The notes under the pieces are model-generated. The model made no database searches and was not told the origin of the DNA. It saw only the letters and a list, made by a program, of their open reading frames with translations. A stretch of DNA of 64,000 nucleotides, from positions 6,803 through 70,802 of the forward strand of contig MHAK01000016.1 in NCBI GenBank assembly GCA_001802945.1. The letters run 5' to 3'. The translations under genes were made by a program, and so were the position numbers. Positions 9,674-18,937 of this stretch are shown in pieces (positions within the stretch are counted from its first letter, which is position 1; each line of letters begins with the position of its first letter). The DNA is from Ignavibacteria bacterium RIFCSPLOWO2_12_FULL_56_21. GTDB taxonomy: Bacteria; Bacteroidota; Ignavibacteria; UBA10030.

Positions 9674-9737
9674 CCACGAAGTGCCACGAAGCAACAGAAA
9701 CAGGAACAGGAACTCCACTCTTCGTGTACCTTCGTGG
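9674..9737. repeat. intergenic tandem-word hairpin (word CCACGAAG / CTTCGTGG)
   Basis: CCACGAAGTGCCACGAAGC, a 27-nt loop, then CTTCGTGTACCTTCGTGG. The arms are near-complementary. It lies immediately downstream of the DHOD-like stop. Confidence 0.6.
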
Positions 9738-9789
9738 AAGATCAATTCTTGTTCTAGGAGCATCGTAAGCATTGAAGCCCCGCCGCCGA

Positions 9790-10941
9790 ATGCAGCTCGC
9801 CATGTCCGGCGGACGTCCGGACCGAACGCCCTTCATGTGTCAAATGAGCATCGGACACATGCTGCAACAGCTCAACGTTGCTGCGGCGGACTTCTGGTGC
9901 GACCCCCGAGTATTCGCCGACGGACTTGTGCGCCTCCAGCGGCAGTACGGGTTCGACGGCATACTGGTGAGCCTGCACGGGCATGATCCGGAGTGGAGAC
10001 AGAACATTCGCGAACGCTTTCCGACGGATGGCGGCGAATCCATCCGCTGGAATGACGGCAGTGTAACCTTCTTTCCTCTCGACGACCTTCCCCACCACAC
10101 GCCCGTTTCTGAGCCCGAACCGCGCGAGATCGACCCGTCTCTCATTCCGAAAGAGATCGACTATATTCCAGTAAGTCAGGGTCTCCATTTTCACGTGCAT
10201 CCGAAGCACGCATTCGATATTTTACACCGCGTGCGATCGCTGGCGGGGTCGGACGTCGCCATCCACGCCGAGGTGACCTCGCCGTTCGACTATTTTCTTG
10301 ATTGGCTCGGCCATGAGAGGGGATTGATGGTGCTGATCGACGATCCTTTGACAGCATCCCTCATGCTGAAGAAATTCGCCGCCGGGGTTGCTGTGATTGC
10401 TGACGGCATGTGCCGTGAAGACATCGATGCAATTAAGATCTCGTCTCCGTTCGCCGGTGCCGGATTCCTTTCACGCAGCCACTACGAAGAGTTCATCCTT
10501 CCTCATGAGCGGACCGTGGTTGAAGCGATCCAACGGACGGGGATCCCCGCATATCTCCATACGTGCGGTGCGATCGGCGACCGGCTGGACCTCATGAAGC
10601 GCACCGGCGCACGCGGCCTGGAATGCCTGGACCCGCCACCGATCGGAAGCACGGACCTTGAGGAAGCCTTCCGGATACTCGGTGGAAGCATGTTTGTGAA
10701 GGGGAATGTCGATCCGGTCAATACGCTGCTGCTGGCAAGCGACGCTCAGATGCGGGAAGACGTTTGTCGCCGCATTGCCCTGGGGAAGAAATATGGGCGG
10801 TTCATCCTGAGCACGGCTTGTTCCATTGCTCCGCATGTACCAAAGGAAAAGATACTGATGATGAGAAGTATCGTGGAACAGGATCAGCCCCGCAAAAGGA
10901 CGATCTTCGGCAAGAAGGCGGTCCATCGCCATGACACCTGA
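9790..10941 (+). CDS. uroporphyrinogen decarboxylase (URO-D) family protein, MtaA/CmuA-like corrinoid methyltransferase candidate
   Basis: About 383 aa. N-terminal GGRPDRTPFMCQMS and overall length fit the URO-D/MtaA-type family. It overlaps the downstream B12-binding protein gene by 11 nt. Start choice (9772/9790/9802) is uncertain. Confidence 0.7.
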   Translation: MQLAMSGGRPDRTPFMCQMSIGHMLQQLNVAAADFWCDPRVFADGLVRLQRQYGFDGILVSLHGHDPEWRQNIRERFPTDGGESIRWNDGSVTFFPLDDLPHHTPVSEPEPREIDPSLIPKEIDYIPVSQGLHFHVHPKHAFDILHRVRSLAGSDVAIHAEVTSPFDYFLDWLGHERGLMVLIDDPLTASLMLKKFAAGVAVIADGMCREDIDAIKISSPFAGAGFLSRSHYEEFILPHERTVVEAIQRTGIPAYLHTCGAIGDRLDLMKRTGARGLECLDPPPIGSTDLEEAFRILGGSMFVKGNVDPVNTLLLASDAQMREDVCRRIALGKKYGRFILSTACSIAPHVPKEKILMMRSIVEQDQPRKRTIFGKKAVHRHDT

Positions 10942-11566
10942 ATTCGATGAGCTCCAGACAGCTCTGATTGGGGGGAATCACGTGCGCACGGCTGAAATGA
11001 CGCAATCGTTTGTCACATCCGGCGCAACCCCGCAAGACATTCTGGAGAAAGGACTACTTCCGGCGATGCAGGTTGTCGGCCGGCGTTTCCGGGACGGGGA
11101 GGTGTTTCTGCCGGAAGTCCTGGTCGCGGCCAGGGCGATGAAGTCGGCAATGGCAGTACTGGAGCCGCTTCTCGCGGCGGCGAAGTACCAGTCGAAGGGG
11201 AAAGTGGTCTTGGGGACGGTCAAAGGTGACGTGCATGATATTGGCAAGAACCTCGTAGGCGTCATGCTCCGGGGTGCAGGATTCGAGGTGGTCGATATCG
11301 GTACCGGCTGCGCTGCGGAGAAGTTTGTGGACGCCGTGCGGAAACACCAACCCCACGTTTTGGGTTTGTCGGCGCTCCTTACGACGACAATGACGTATAT
11401 GAAAACTGTGATCGATACGCTTCGGTCGTCGGGAATGGATGTTCCCGTTATCGTGGGAGGCGCGCCGGTGAATGCGGAGTTCGCGCAGCAGATCGGCGCG
11501 GCGGGAACGGCTAGAACCGCGGGAGATGCAGTGGAGCTCGTACATCGACTTATACCTCAGGCGTGA
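10931..11566 (+). CDS. corrinoid (cobalamin-binding) protein, MtaC/MtbC/MetH-B12-domain-like
   Basis: 211 aa. An N-terminal helical cap is followed by GTVKGDVHDIGKNLV (the DxHxxG lower-ligand motif), LSALLTTT and GGAP. Confidence 0.85.
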   Translation: MTPEFDELQTALIGGNHVRTAEMTQSFVTSGATPQDILEKGLLPAMQVVGRRFRDGEVFLPEVLVAARAMKSAMAVLEPLLAAAKYQSKGKVVLGTVKGDVHDIGKNLVGVMLRGAGFEVVDIGTGCAAEKFVDAVRKHQPHVLGLSALLTTTMTYMKTVIDTLRSSGMDVPVIVGGAPVNAEFAQQIGAAGTARTAGDAVELVHRLIPQA

Positions 11567-11624
11567 CAATCCCACGTTTGTGAGGCATTCACGGACCTCA
11601 CTCTTCGAAGTATCCAGGCAAAGC

Positions 11625-12533
11625 ATGATCAGCATTCATAACCTCAAGGATCCCTCCGGTCCGATCCTTTTCGACGGCGGCTTTGGGGCCGCATTGCAGC
11701 ACCGGGGCCTTACTTCGGGAACTCCTCCGGAGACCTGGAATATCGCGCGGCCCGAGGAAGTTCGGAAACTGCACGCGGAATTCGTAGCAGCAGGTTCAGC
11801 GATCATCGAATCGAACACATTCGGAGCAAACTCCTGTCGATGGCATGCGTCGGGCGAACGTGCGCCCCTTGGCCTCGTCATACACGAGGCGTGTCGTCTC
11901 GCCGCGTCCGCGGCAGACGCAAAGGCCGTTGTTGCGGCGTCGACGGGCCCGCTCGGGGACGTGCTGGAGCCCTACGGCGAATTGTCACGCGAGCAGGGAA
12001 AGCATGCATTCCGTGAGCAATACTCGATGCTGAAAAGCGAGGGGATACGAGTTCTGCTGATCGAAACGATGATGTCGCTCGACGAGGCGCTCCTTGCACT
12101 GGAGACCGCAAAGGAAGTAGGGTTCGATGCCGTTGGCGTTACGATGACATTCGAACCGGGACCGCACGGCCCGCGCACGGCGTTTGGCGTTGCGCCTGCG
12201 GAAGCCGCTCGACGATTGAGCGAAGCAGGAGCGAACATTGTGGGCTCCAATTGCGGGTCGGGATTTGACACGATGCGAATCGTCGCCGCGGAATTCCTGG
12301 AACATGCCGGCGTTCCTGTGCTGATCCAGCCGAATGCCGGGATACCCGTGGTCGGTGCGGACGGCCCAATGTATCCAGAAACGCCCGAATCCTTCGGTGA
12401 ATTCCTGCAGGAGCTCTATGAAACCGGCGTGCGGCTTCTCGGCGGGTGTTGCGGGTCGGGGCCGGAGCACATTGCATGTGCGAAGGCAGCGCTACGTCGA
12501 CATTCGGTCGGTGGACACCGCATCAACATATGA
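11625..12533 (+). CDS. homocysteine S-methyltransferase (PF02574-like) domain protein
   Basis: FDGGFGAALQ, IIESNTFGAN, and the Zn-ligand cysteines GSNCGSG and GGCCGSGPEHI match the MetH Hcy-binding domain. The internal ATG 11625 is used because the ORF-track extension overlaps the previous gene. Confidence 0.85.
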   Translation: MISIHNLKDPSGPILFDGGFGAALQHRGLTSGTPPETWNIARPEEVRKLHAEFVAAGSAIIESNTFGANSCRWHASGERAPLGLVIHEACRLAASAADAKAVVAASTGPLGDVLEPYGELSREQGKHAFREQYSMLKSEGIRVLLIETMMSLDEALLALETAKEVGFDAVGVTMTFEPGPHGPRTAFGVAPAEAARRLSEAGANIVGSNCGSGFDTMRIVAAEFLEHAGVPVLIQPNAGIPVVGADGPMYPETPESFGEFLQELYETGVRLLGGCCGSGPEHIACAKAALRRHSVGGHRINI

Positions 12534-12627
12534 TCCATAGATACTCTACGGAGTTCACGTCTTCTTTTGTGTATGTTCTTGAAACGTGTTCTCCTCAACT
12601 TCACTCCATCCCAATTCTCTACAAAGT

Positions 12628-13533
12628 ATGGCAGGCACGCTGAGCCCATCTTTGACCGAGCAAGCCGGGCGTTTCATGGATGATGAACACTTCGATCATC
12701 TCGTGTACCGCCGCATGGCAGACGTTGAACATGACCCGCGGCGCAAAGAGCTCCTTCTTCAGCTCTCTGCGGCGGAGGAACGGCATGCCGTGTTCTGGAG
12801 GGACATTGCGGGCCGGGAACCAAAGCCGGTGAGTGCGTTTCGCATCCGGTCGCTGATCACGCTCCGCCGCCTCGCCGGCCTGATGTTCACGCTGAAATTC
12901 CTCGAGCGTCACGAACATGATGTCGTGGAGGAATATCGTCTCTGGCTTCCAGCGTTGGGAGAACAACGTCGGGCGAAACTTCAGGAGATACTGAAAGACG
13001 AAGAGGAACACGAACACGCGTTCATGGTCCAGGTGGATGAGGCGATTGTCCGCTACATCGGATTCGTGGCTTTGGGACTCTCTGACGCGATCATCGAGAT
13101 CAGCGGCGTGCATGCGGGATTTCTTGGAGTGATGGGCTCCACCGTCGTCGCCGGCGTGGCCGGACTCGTGGTCGGATTTGCGGCCTGCATTTCTATGGGT
13201 GTTGCGGCATACATGAAAGCGAAGAGTGAAACACGCCAGGCGCCGCTGACATCAGCCTTCATCACCAGCGGCGCCTATCTGCTGGCCGTAGTACTGCTTG
13301 CCGCCCCATATTTCGTGACGCATTCAATGCTGCTTGCGTTCAGCGTCTCGGTGTTCTTTGCGATCGTGCTGAGCGTGATGTTCACGTTTTACGTAGCGAT
13401 AGTGAACGACACGAATTTCCATCGGGAAGTGGTTGAGAACACCCTCTTGCTGCTGGGCACAGCGGCTGCAACGTACTTCTTTGGAGAAGCGTTGGGGTCG
13501 ATTTTTGGCCTGCAATCTCCGATGGCCATGTAG
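12628..13533 (+). CDS. VIT1/CCC1 family iron/manganese transporter with N-terminal ferritin-like domain
   Basis: N-terminal helical region (EERHAVFW ... EEEHEHAF), then a glycine-rich transmembrane region DAIIEISGVHAGFLG and C-terminal TM helices. Start 12586 (GTG) or 12628 (ATG). Confidence 0.7.
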   Translation: MAGTLSPSLTEQAGRFMDDEHFDHLVYRRMADVEHDPRRKELLLQLSAAEERHAVFWRDIAGREPKPVSAFRIRSLITLRRLAGLMFTLKFLERHEHDVVEEYRLWLPALGEQRRAKLQEILKDEEEHEHAFMVQVDEAIVRYIGFVALGLSDAIIEISGVHAGFLGVMGSTVVAGVAGLVVGFAACISMGVAAYMKAKSETRQAPLTSAFITSGAYLLAVVLLAAPYFVTHSMLLAFSVSVFFAIVLSVMFTFYVAIVNDTNFHREVVENTLLLLGTAAATYFFGEALGSIFGLQSPMAM

Positions 13534-13546
13534 GGACAAGATAAAC

Positions 13547-13620
13547 GGCGAAAGAACGTGAATGGGAGTGCCGGGATAATTGAAATACATTTTCGCGTTC
13601 ATTAGCGTTCATTCGCGGTT
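13547..13620. repeat. intergenic tandem-word hairpin, family A (CGCGAATGAA / TTCATTCGCG)
   Basis: CGGCGAAAGAACGTGAATGGG ... TTTCGCGTTCATTAGCGTTCATTCGCGGTT. Other family members are at 25738, 29717/29937, 38195 and 42976. Confidence 0.6.
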
Positions 13621-13772
13621 CCCTCCTTGTCTAGCACTTAGCAACGACAGGTCTGCTTCTCGATTCCAATAATCCCGGAATTCTCTTCCTCTCATTATTG
13701 AGAATCGGAGAGCTTTCCATCTCCCTCCTGCAAAAAATCCCCCGTTTATCCGGTGTTTTTTCTTTTGTTGCG

Positions 13773-13788
13773 TGGCATAACCGTTGCT
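13773..13788 (+). promoter_or_regulatory. candidate sigma-54 promoter upstream of hemN
   Basis: TGGCATAACCGTTGCT is an exact match to TGGCAY-N5-TTGC. It lies 149 nt upstream of the hemN ATG inside a 403-nt intergenic region. Confidence 0.55.
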
Positions 13789-13936
13789 CATCTGAGATAA
13801 TCAGACATCAGTAGTCAGACGACGGACAATAGACCCGTAGGGACAGGAACGGGGACAGTCAACGGATAATCTACAACAGCGAACGAACGAGAAAGAAACT
13901 GCAACCCGCAATCCGAAATCTTCCAACGTATTCCCG

Positions 13937-15319
13937 ATGATCATCGACGACCGCCTCATTGAGCTTCTCAAGACCTTCAGCAAACAAGGACCTCGATACA
14001 CGAGTTATCCGACGGCGCCGATGTTTTCTTCGGACTACAATGACAAACGATTCGAGGTTGACCTCATCCGGAACAACCACAACAACCCCGGCCCCGTCTC
14101 GCTCTATCTCCACATTCCGTTCTGCGATTCTCTCTGCTACTTCTGTGGCTGTACGACAATCATCACCAACAATCGGGAAAAGATCCGAACGTATCTCGAC
14201 GCGTTGAAGCGGGAGATCCTGCTTACGTCGGCGTATGTCGAACGGCAACGGCAAGTGACGCAGATGCACTGGGGAGGCGGAACGCCGTCGTATCTCGATC
14301 CGTCGGAGATCCGCGACCTGATGGATGTGCTCCGGCGACGGTTCAATTTCGCGCCGGACGCCGAGATCAGCGTGGAGATAGATCCACGCGGACTGACTTT
14401 TGACCACATGAAGGCCTTCCGCGAAGGGGGCGTGAACCGCGTTTCTCTTGGCATACAGGATTTCGACACTGACGTGCAGCGGGCAGTGAACCGCGTTCAG
14501 TCCGAGCAACTCACACTCGATGCAATGCGGTGGGCGAAGGAGCTCGGCATCGACAGCGTCAACTTCGACCTCATCTATGGACTGCCGCTCCAAACGACCG
14601 GGTCATTCCAGCATACTCTCCATCGCGTCGTCGCAATGAGGCCGAATCGCATTGCGGCCTTCAGCTTCGCGTATGTACCGTGGATGAAGAAGCAGCAGAA
14701 CCTTCTCAATGCGAAAGACATGCCTGCGGCAGACGCGAAGCTGCAGCTTCTCAAAGCGACAATCGACACACTGACCGGCGCCGGCTACGAATATATCGGC
14801 ATGGATCACTTTGCCGTGCCGGAGGACGAGCTGTCTGTCGCCATGCGCGAAAAACGGCTGCACCGCAATTTCCAGGGATACTCCACACGCGCTGGGGCGG
14901 ACCTCTTCGCGTTCGGCATGTCCTCGATCTCGCATTTCGGTGATGTCTACGCACAGAACTACAAAGAGCTTCCAGAGTATCTCGCCGCCGTTGATGCCCG
15001 GCAATTTCCGACGGCCGTTGGGTACAAAATGACACGGGATGATCAGGTCCGGAAGTTCGTCATCATGCGCTTGATGTGCGACCTTGAAGTGGACAAGGAA
15101 GAAGTCGAGGACTTGTTCGGCATCAACTTCGATCAATATTTCGACATGTCGAGGGTACAGATGTTCGACTACATTCGGCACGGCCTGGTGGCGGACAGTC
15201 CTTCGAAGATCGTCGTCTCAGATTCCGGCCGTCTCCTCGTACGCAACATTGCGATGTGTTATGATGCATATCTCAATCGCTTCAAGAGCGAGGAGAATGT
15301 GTTCTCAAAGACGGTGTAG
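13937..15319 (+). CDS. hemN: oxygen-independent coproporphyrinogen III oxidase (radical SAM)
   Basis: 460 aa. GPRYTSYPTA, LYLHIPFCDSLCYFCGC (CxxxCxxC) and GGGTPSYL, plus a HemN C-terminal domain. Confidence 0.95.
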   Translation: MIIDDRLIELLKTFSKQGPRYTSYPTAPMFSSDYNDKRFEVDLIRNNHNNPGPVSLYLHIPFCDSLCYFCGCTTIITNNREKIRTYLDALKREILLTSAYVERQRQVTQMHWGGGTPSYLDPSEIRDLMDVLRRRFNFAPDAEISVEIDPRGLTFDHMKAFREGGVNRVSLGIQDFDTDVQRAVNRVQSEQLTLDAMRWAKELGIDSVNFDLIYGLPLQTTGSFQHTLHRVVAMRPNRIAAFSFAYVPWMKKQQNLLNAKDMPAADAKLQLLKATIDTLTGAGYEYIGMDHFAVPEDELSVAMREKRLHRNFQGYSTRAGADLFAFGMSSISHFGDVYAQNYKELPEYLAAVDARQFPTAVGYKMTRDDQVRKFVIMRLMCDLEVDKEEVEDLFGINFDQYFDMSRVQMFDYIRHGLVADSPSKIVVSDSGRLLVRNIAMCYDAYLNRFKSEENVFSKTV

Positions 15320-15520
15320 GTGTTTTGGGGAAAGTGAAGAACGTTGATTGTGAAATGTGAGATGCGAGACGTAAGTGAGGTGAAACGCCGATCTATAATC
15401 TTGCGTCAACTCCAATACTCCAAGGCTGTACTCTTCGCACGCCCTCCTGTTTCTGCATTCACGGGCGATGATGCCCAACGTCCATCGTGTGCTGTTACTT
15501 CCATCGACTAAGGTGCACCC

Positions 15521-17833
15521 ATGATCCGCAAACAAGAAGCTCTCGACTATCACTCACAGGGACGACGCGGTAAGATCGAGGTCGTCTCATCAAAACCGTG
15601 CGCCACGCAACGCGATCTGTCGCTGGCATATACGCCGGGCGTCGCAGAACCGTGCCGCGAAATCGCGGCGACCCCCGATGACGTCTATCGTTACACGGCC
15701 AAAGGAAATCTCGTGGCCGTCATATCCAACGGAACGGCTGTGCTCGGCCTCGGAGATATCGGTGCGCTGGCCGGGAAACCGGTGATGGAGGGGAAGGGAG
15801 TCCTGTTCAAAAGATTCGGCGACATCGATGTGTTCGACATCGAGCTCAACACACACAACTCCGACGAGATCATCAAAGCAGTCCAGCTTCTCGAGCCGAC
15901 GTTCGGCGGGATCAATCTGGAGGACATCAAAGCGCCGGAGTGCTTTTACATCGAAGAATCGCTCAAGAAGACGATGAATATACCCGTCTTCCACGACGAT
16001 CAGCACGGGACTGCGATCATCAGTGGAGCGGCTCTGTTGAATGCGCTCGAAGTTGTGGGCAAGAAGATCGGCGAAGTCCGGGTGGTTTTCAGCGGAGCGG
16101 GAGCAGCGGGCATTGCCTGCGCGAAGCTGTACGAACGCCTTGGCGTCAAGCGGGAAAATATGGTCCTTGTCGACACCAAAGGAGTCGTGTACAAAGGACG
16201 CAAAGAAGGGATGAACCCGTACAAGGAATATTTTGCCTCCGAAACGAAATGCCGCACACTTGCGGAAGCGATGAAGGGGGCGGACATGTTTTGCGGCGTT
16301 TCCGCCAAGGGAATTCTCTCGCAGGATATGGTCCGGTCGATGGCTTCGGATCCGATCGTGTTCGCCATGGCGAATCCCGACCCCGAGATCACGTATGAAG
16401 AGGCGACACAGGCACGGTCGGACATTATCATGGCGACGGGAAGGTCCGATTATCCGAACCAGGTGAACAACGTTCTCGGTTTCCCGTTCATCTTCCGCGG
16501 CGCGCTCGACGTCCGCGCTGCGGCAATCAACGACGACATGAAGATCGCGGCGACTATGGCGCTTGCGAAGCTTGCAAAGGAAGACGTTCCCGATTCGGTC
16601 ATTCGGGCATATGGAGGTAAGCACATCGAATTCGGGAAGGACTACATCATACCAAAGCCGTTCGACCCGCGGGTGTTGCTCTGGGTGGCGCCGGCCGTCG
16701 CTAAGGCGGCCATGGATTCCGGCGTTGCACGCCAACCGATCCGTGATTTCGACGCATATCGGGATTCCCTCGAAGCACGACTCGGAAGGTCCCGCGAAGT
16801 GATGCGATTCTTCATCCATAAAGCGCAGACCAACCCGAAGCGGATCGTTTTTCCTGAAGGAGAAGAAGACCGGATCCTGCGGGCGGCACAGGTGATCTTG
16901 GACGAGAAGATCGCGCATCCTGTGCTGCTGGGGAGCCGCACGTTCATTCGCCAACGGATCGCCGACCTTGGACTTGACTTGGAGGAGATCCAGATCGTCA
17001 ATCCGAACAAATCCCCCCGGTTCGACGAGTATGTGACCGCCTATTACGCCAAGCGGCAGCGAAAAGGGATGACGCGCATCGACGCCGAGAGGCAGATGAA
17101 GACGCACAACATTTTCGGAATGATGATGGTGGATATGGAGGATGCGGACGGACTAATCTCCGGTATGACGCAGCATTATCCAGATACCGTTCGTCCGGCG
17201 TTGCAGATCATTGGGACGCAAGAAGGGGTGAAGCGGGTGTCGGGCGCGTATATGATGGTGTTCAACAATCAGACGCTCTTCATCGCAGACGCGACGGTGA
17301 ATATTGAACCGAACGCCGAGGAATTGGCAGAAATCGCATTGCTGACGGCGGAAAAGGTTCGGGAATTCGACATCGTGCCGCGCGTCGCTATGCTGTCGTT
17401 CAGTAACTTCGGCAGCGCGCAGCATCCGTTGACGTTGAAAGTGCGCAGAGCGGTGGAAATCGTGCGTGCCAAAGATCCCGACCTGATCGTCGACGGGGAA
17501 ATGATGGCGGACACCGCCGTCAGTCATGAGATCATGAGCGAACATTTCCCGTTCTCGAAGTTAACGGAGCCGGCCAACGTGCTGATCTGTCCCGACCTGA
17601 CCTCGGCGAACATCGCGTATAAGCTTTTAGGCAAACTCGGCGGAGCGACGGCCATCGGTCCGATCCTCATGGGCATCCGCAAACCTGTGTATCTGCTCGC
17701 GCCGGGCATCGAAGTGACGGACATCGTGAACATGACGGCGATGGCGGTGTTCGAGGCGCAGCGGGAAGGTGAGCAACAGGAACACTTGTCGGGTGCTGCA
17801 TCTACCGCCAGGGAGTTCACAGTTGGCGTGTAA
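15521..17833 (+). CDS. maeB: NADP-dependent malic enzyme with C-terminal phosphate-acetyltransferase-like domain
   Basis: 770 aa. [36 protein letters not shown] and ANPDPEI, followed by a PTA-like C-terminal half. Confidence 0.95.
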   Translation: MIRKQEALDYHSQGRRGKIEVVSSKPCATQRDLSLAYTPGVAEPCREIAATPDDVYRYTAKGNLVAVISNGTAVLGLGDIGALAGKPVMEGKGVLFKRFGDIDVFDIELNTHNSDEIIKAVQLLEPTFGGINLEDIKAPECFYIEESLKKTMNIPVFHDDQHGTAIISGAALLNALEVVGKKIGEVRVVFSGAGAAGIACAKLYERLGVKRENMVLVDTKGVVYKGRKEGMNPYKEYFASETKCRTLAEAMKGADMFCGVSAKGILSQDMVRSMASDPIVFAMANPDPEITYEEATQARSDIIMATGRSDYPNQVNNVLGFPFIFRGALDVRAAAINDDMKIAATMALAKLAKEDVPDSVIRAYGGKHIEFGKDYIIPKPFDPRVLLWVAPAVAKAAMDSGVARQPIRDFDAYRDSLEARLGRSREVMRFFIHKAQTNPKRIVFPEGEEDRILRAAQVILDEKIAHPVLLGSRTFIRQRIADLGLDLEEIQIVNPNKSPRFDEYVTAYYAKRQRKGMTRIDAERQMKTHNIFGMMMVDMEDADGLISGMTQHYPDTVRPALQIIGTQEGVKRVSGAYMMVFNNQTLFIADATVNIEPNAEELAEIALLTAEKVREFDIVPRVAMLSFSNFGSAQHPLTLKVRRAVEIVRAKDPDLIVDGEMMADTAVSHEIMSEHFPFSKLTEPANVLICPDLTSANIAYKLLGKLGGATAIGPILMGIRKPVYLLAPGIEVTDIVNMTAMAVFEAQREGEQQEHLSGAASTAREFTVGV

Positions 17834-17936
17834 GGCAGGGAACAGTGAAGTCGCGTAGCGCATGTAGGCAGGTTTTGAGGGCGTCAAAATGAGGTGAAGC
17901 GGATGTGTGCGATCGCTTCCCTCTTCATCCCAATCC

Positions 17937-17970
17937 GTCCCGTCGGTCGTCATTCCCCAGCCGGCGGGAC
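17937..17970 (+). terminator. possible stem-loop downstream of maeB
   Basis: GTCCCGTCGG, a 14-nt loop, then CCGGCGGGAC (9/10 complementary). There is no clear U-tract. Confidence 0.25.
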
Positions 17971-17979
17971 GATTCGGGT

Positions 17980-18098
17980 GTTGAATTTTTCACCATCTGC
18001 TGTTGTATTCTTCAACATTTCACAATCCCCGCACTTGGCCCTCCATTGCCGCAATTCTCAACACATTCCTTCTTTGAGGCGTTGAATATTTCACCACC
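17980..18098 (+). promoter_or_regulatory. three copies of a 16-nt motif (sTTsAAyWTTTCACmA) upstream of the GcvH-like/HybAB-like operon
   Basis: GTTGAATTTTTCACCA (17980), CTTCAACATTTCACAA (18010) and GTTGAATATTTCACCA (18081). The offsets of 30 and 71 nt are about 3 and 7 helical turns. The sites lie 157-273 nt upstream of ATG 18253. Confidence 0.35.
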
Positions 18099-18252
18099 GT
18101 TTTATCCGCGCTAGGGCAGCTCGAAAGCAAGATCGGCAAGTCGTTGTACTCATGTGCATTGGAGCCGTCAAAATCAGGAACGGGCGGGGTTCTTCCGGCA
18201 CGGTTTTCCCAATGTACTCGGTGCAAGGCAACCGATTACCCAGGAGACGACC

Positions 18253-18924
18253 ATGACAGTTCTACTTGTTCTCGTAACTATCCTCTTCTTCCTCGGCCTC
18301 GATTGGGCCGTACGCAGATCGCGCGAACGCAAAGGAATCGCGGCTCCGACGGTTGCAGTTTCACCGCCGCCTGCATTACCTGTGCGCATTCCGGACGGGA
18401 TATTCTTTGCCCGTTCACACACATGGCTCAACCTCTTCCCGTCAGGAAAGGTCCGGTTAGGCGTCGATGACTTCGTCGGCCGATTGCTGGAAAATCCGAC
18501 GATTGTCTATCTGAAGAAAGCCGGCGAGCATGTGAATCGCGGAGAGCCGATGCTACTACTCAAGGAAAACGGCCATGCTCTCACCGTCCGGGCTCCGATC
18601 AGCGGCACCATCCTCTCCGACAATCCCGACCTCACCGAGCATCCCGAGAAAATGCGGGAGATGCTCTTCAGCGACGGTTGGGCGTACACGGTGAAACCCG
18701 ACGCCACAACGCAGCTCCGTACGCTCCTTTTCGGAGAAGAGTCCCATCACTGGATCCAGGGCGAATTCGCCCGATTGCGGGACGTGCTGGCCGGTGTGAA
18801 AGGGGCCGAAGGTCTGGCTCCCGCCCTGTTGCAGGACGGCGGCGTGCCGGTTTCCGGATTGATCCGTACCGCCCCCGACGAGGTATGGCACCGGTTTGAA
18901 CATGAATTCCTGACCGAAGCCTGA
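18253..18924 (+). CDS. membrane-anchored protein with glycine-cleavage-H-like (hybrid barrel) domain, no lipoyl-lysine motif
   Basis: ATG 18253 follows SD AGGAGA. N-terminal TM helix MTVLLVLVTILFFLGLDW is followed by RRSRERK. SHTWL...GKVRLGVDDF...APISGTI...DGWAY follows the GcvH pattern, but ESVK is absent. Confidence 0.6.
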   Translation: MTVLLVLVTILFFLGLDWAVRRSRERKGIAAPTVAVSPPPALPVRIPDGIFFARSHTWLNLFPSGKVRLGVDDFVGRLLENPTIVYLKKAGEHVNRGEPMLLLKENGHALTVRAPISGTILSDNPDLTEHPEKMREMLFSDGWAYTVKPDATTQLRTLLFGEESHHWIQGEFARLRDVLAGVKGAEGLAPALLQDGGVPVSGLIRTAPDEVWHRFEHEFLTEA

Positions 18925-18937
18925 GGGAACTCCGACC

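Noticed and set aside
8660-9772. 370-aa minus-strand ORF. Similar long antisense ORFs occur at 15590-17107, 40171-41295, 44292-45743, 48678-50039, 52066-53076 and 4929-5777.
   Set aside because: Each lies fully antisense to a + strand gene with clear family motifs. The translations are Arg/His/Gly/Pro-rich and low-complexity with no recognisable motif. This is the typical shadow-ORF effect of GC-rich coding DNA.
9653-9789. A cobalamin riboswitch upstream of the corrinoid methyltransferase genes.
   Set aside because: The region is only 137 nt, is largely occupied by the family C hairpin, and contains no recognisable B12-box-like sequence.
18036-18049. Sigma-54-like TTGGCCCTCCATTGCC upstream of the GcvH-like operon.
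   Set aside because: The GG-to-GC spacing is 11 nt instead of the invariant 12, so it is not a plausible -24/-12 promoter.
18500-18620. A possible lipoyl-lysine in the first GcvH-like protein (LLLKENGHALTVRAPISG).
   Set aside because: This Lys is 10 residues upstream of the P-x-SG turn rather than the ~7 seen in GcvH (ESVKAASDVYAPVSG), and it lacks the E-S-V context. I do not claim lipoylation.
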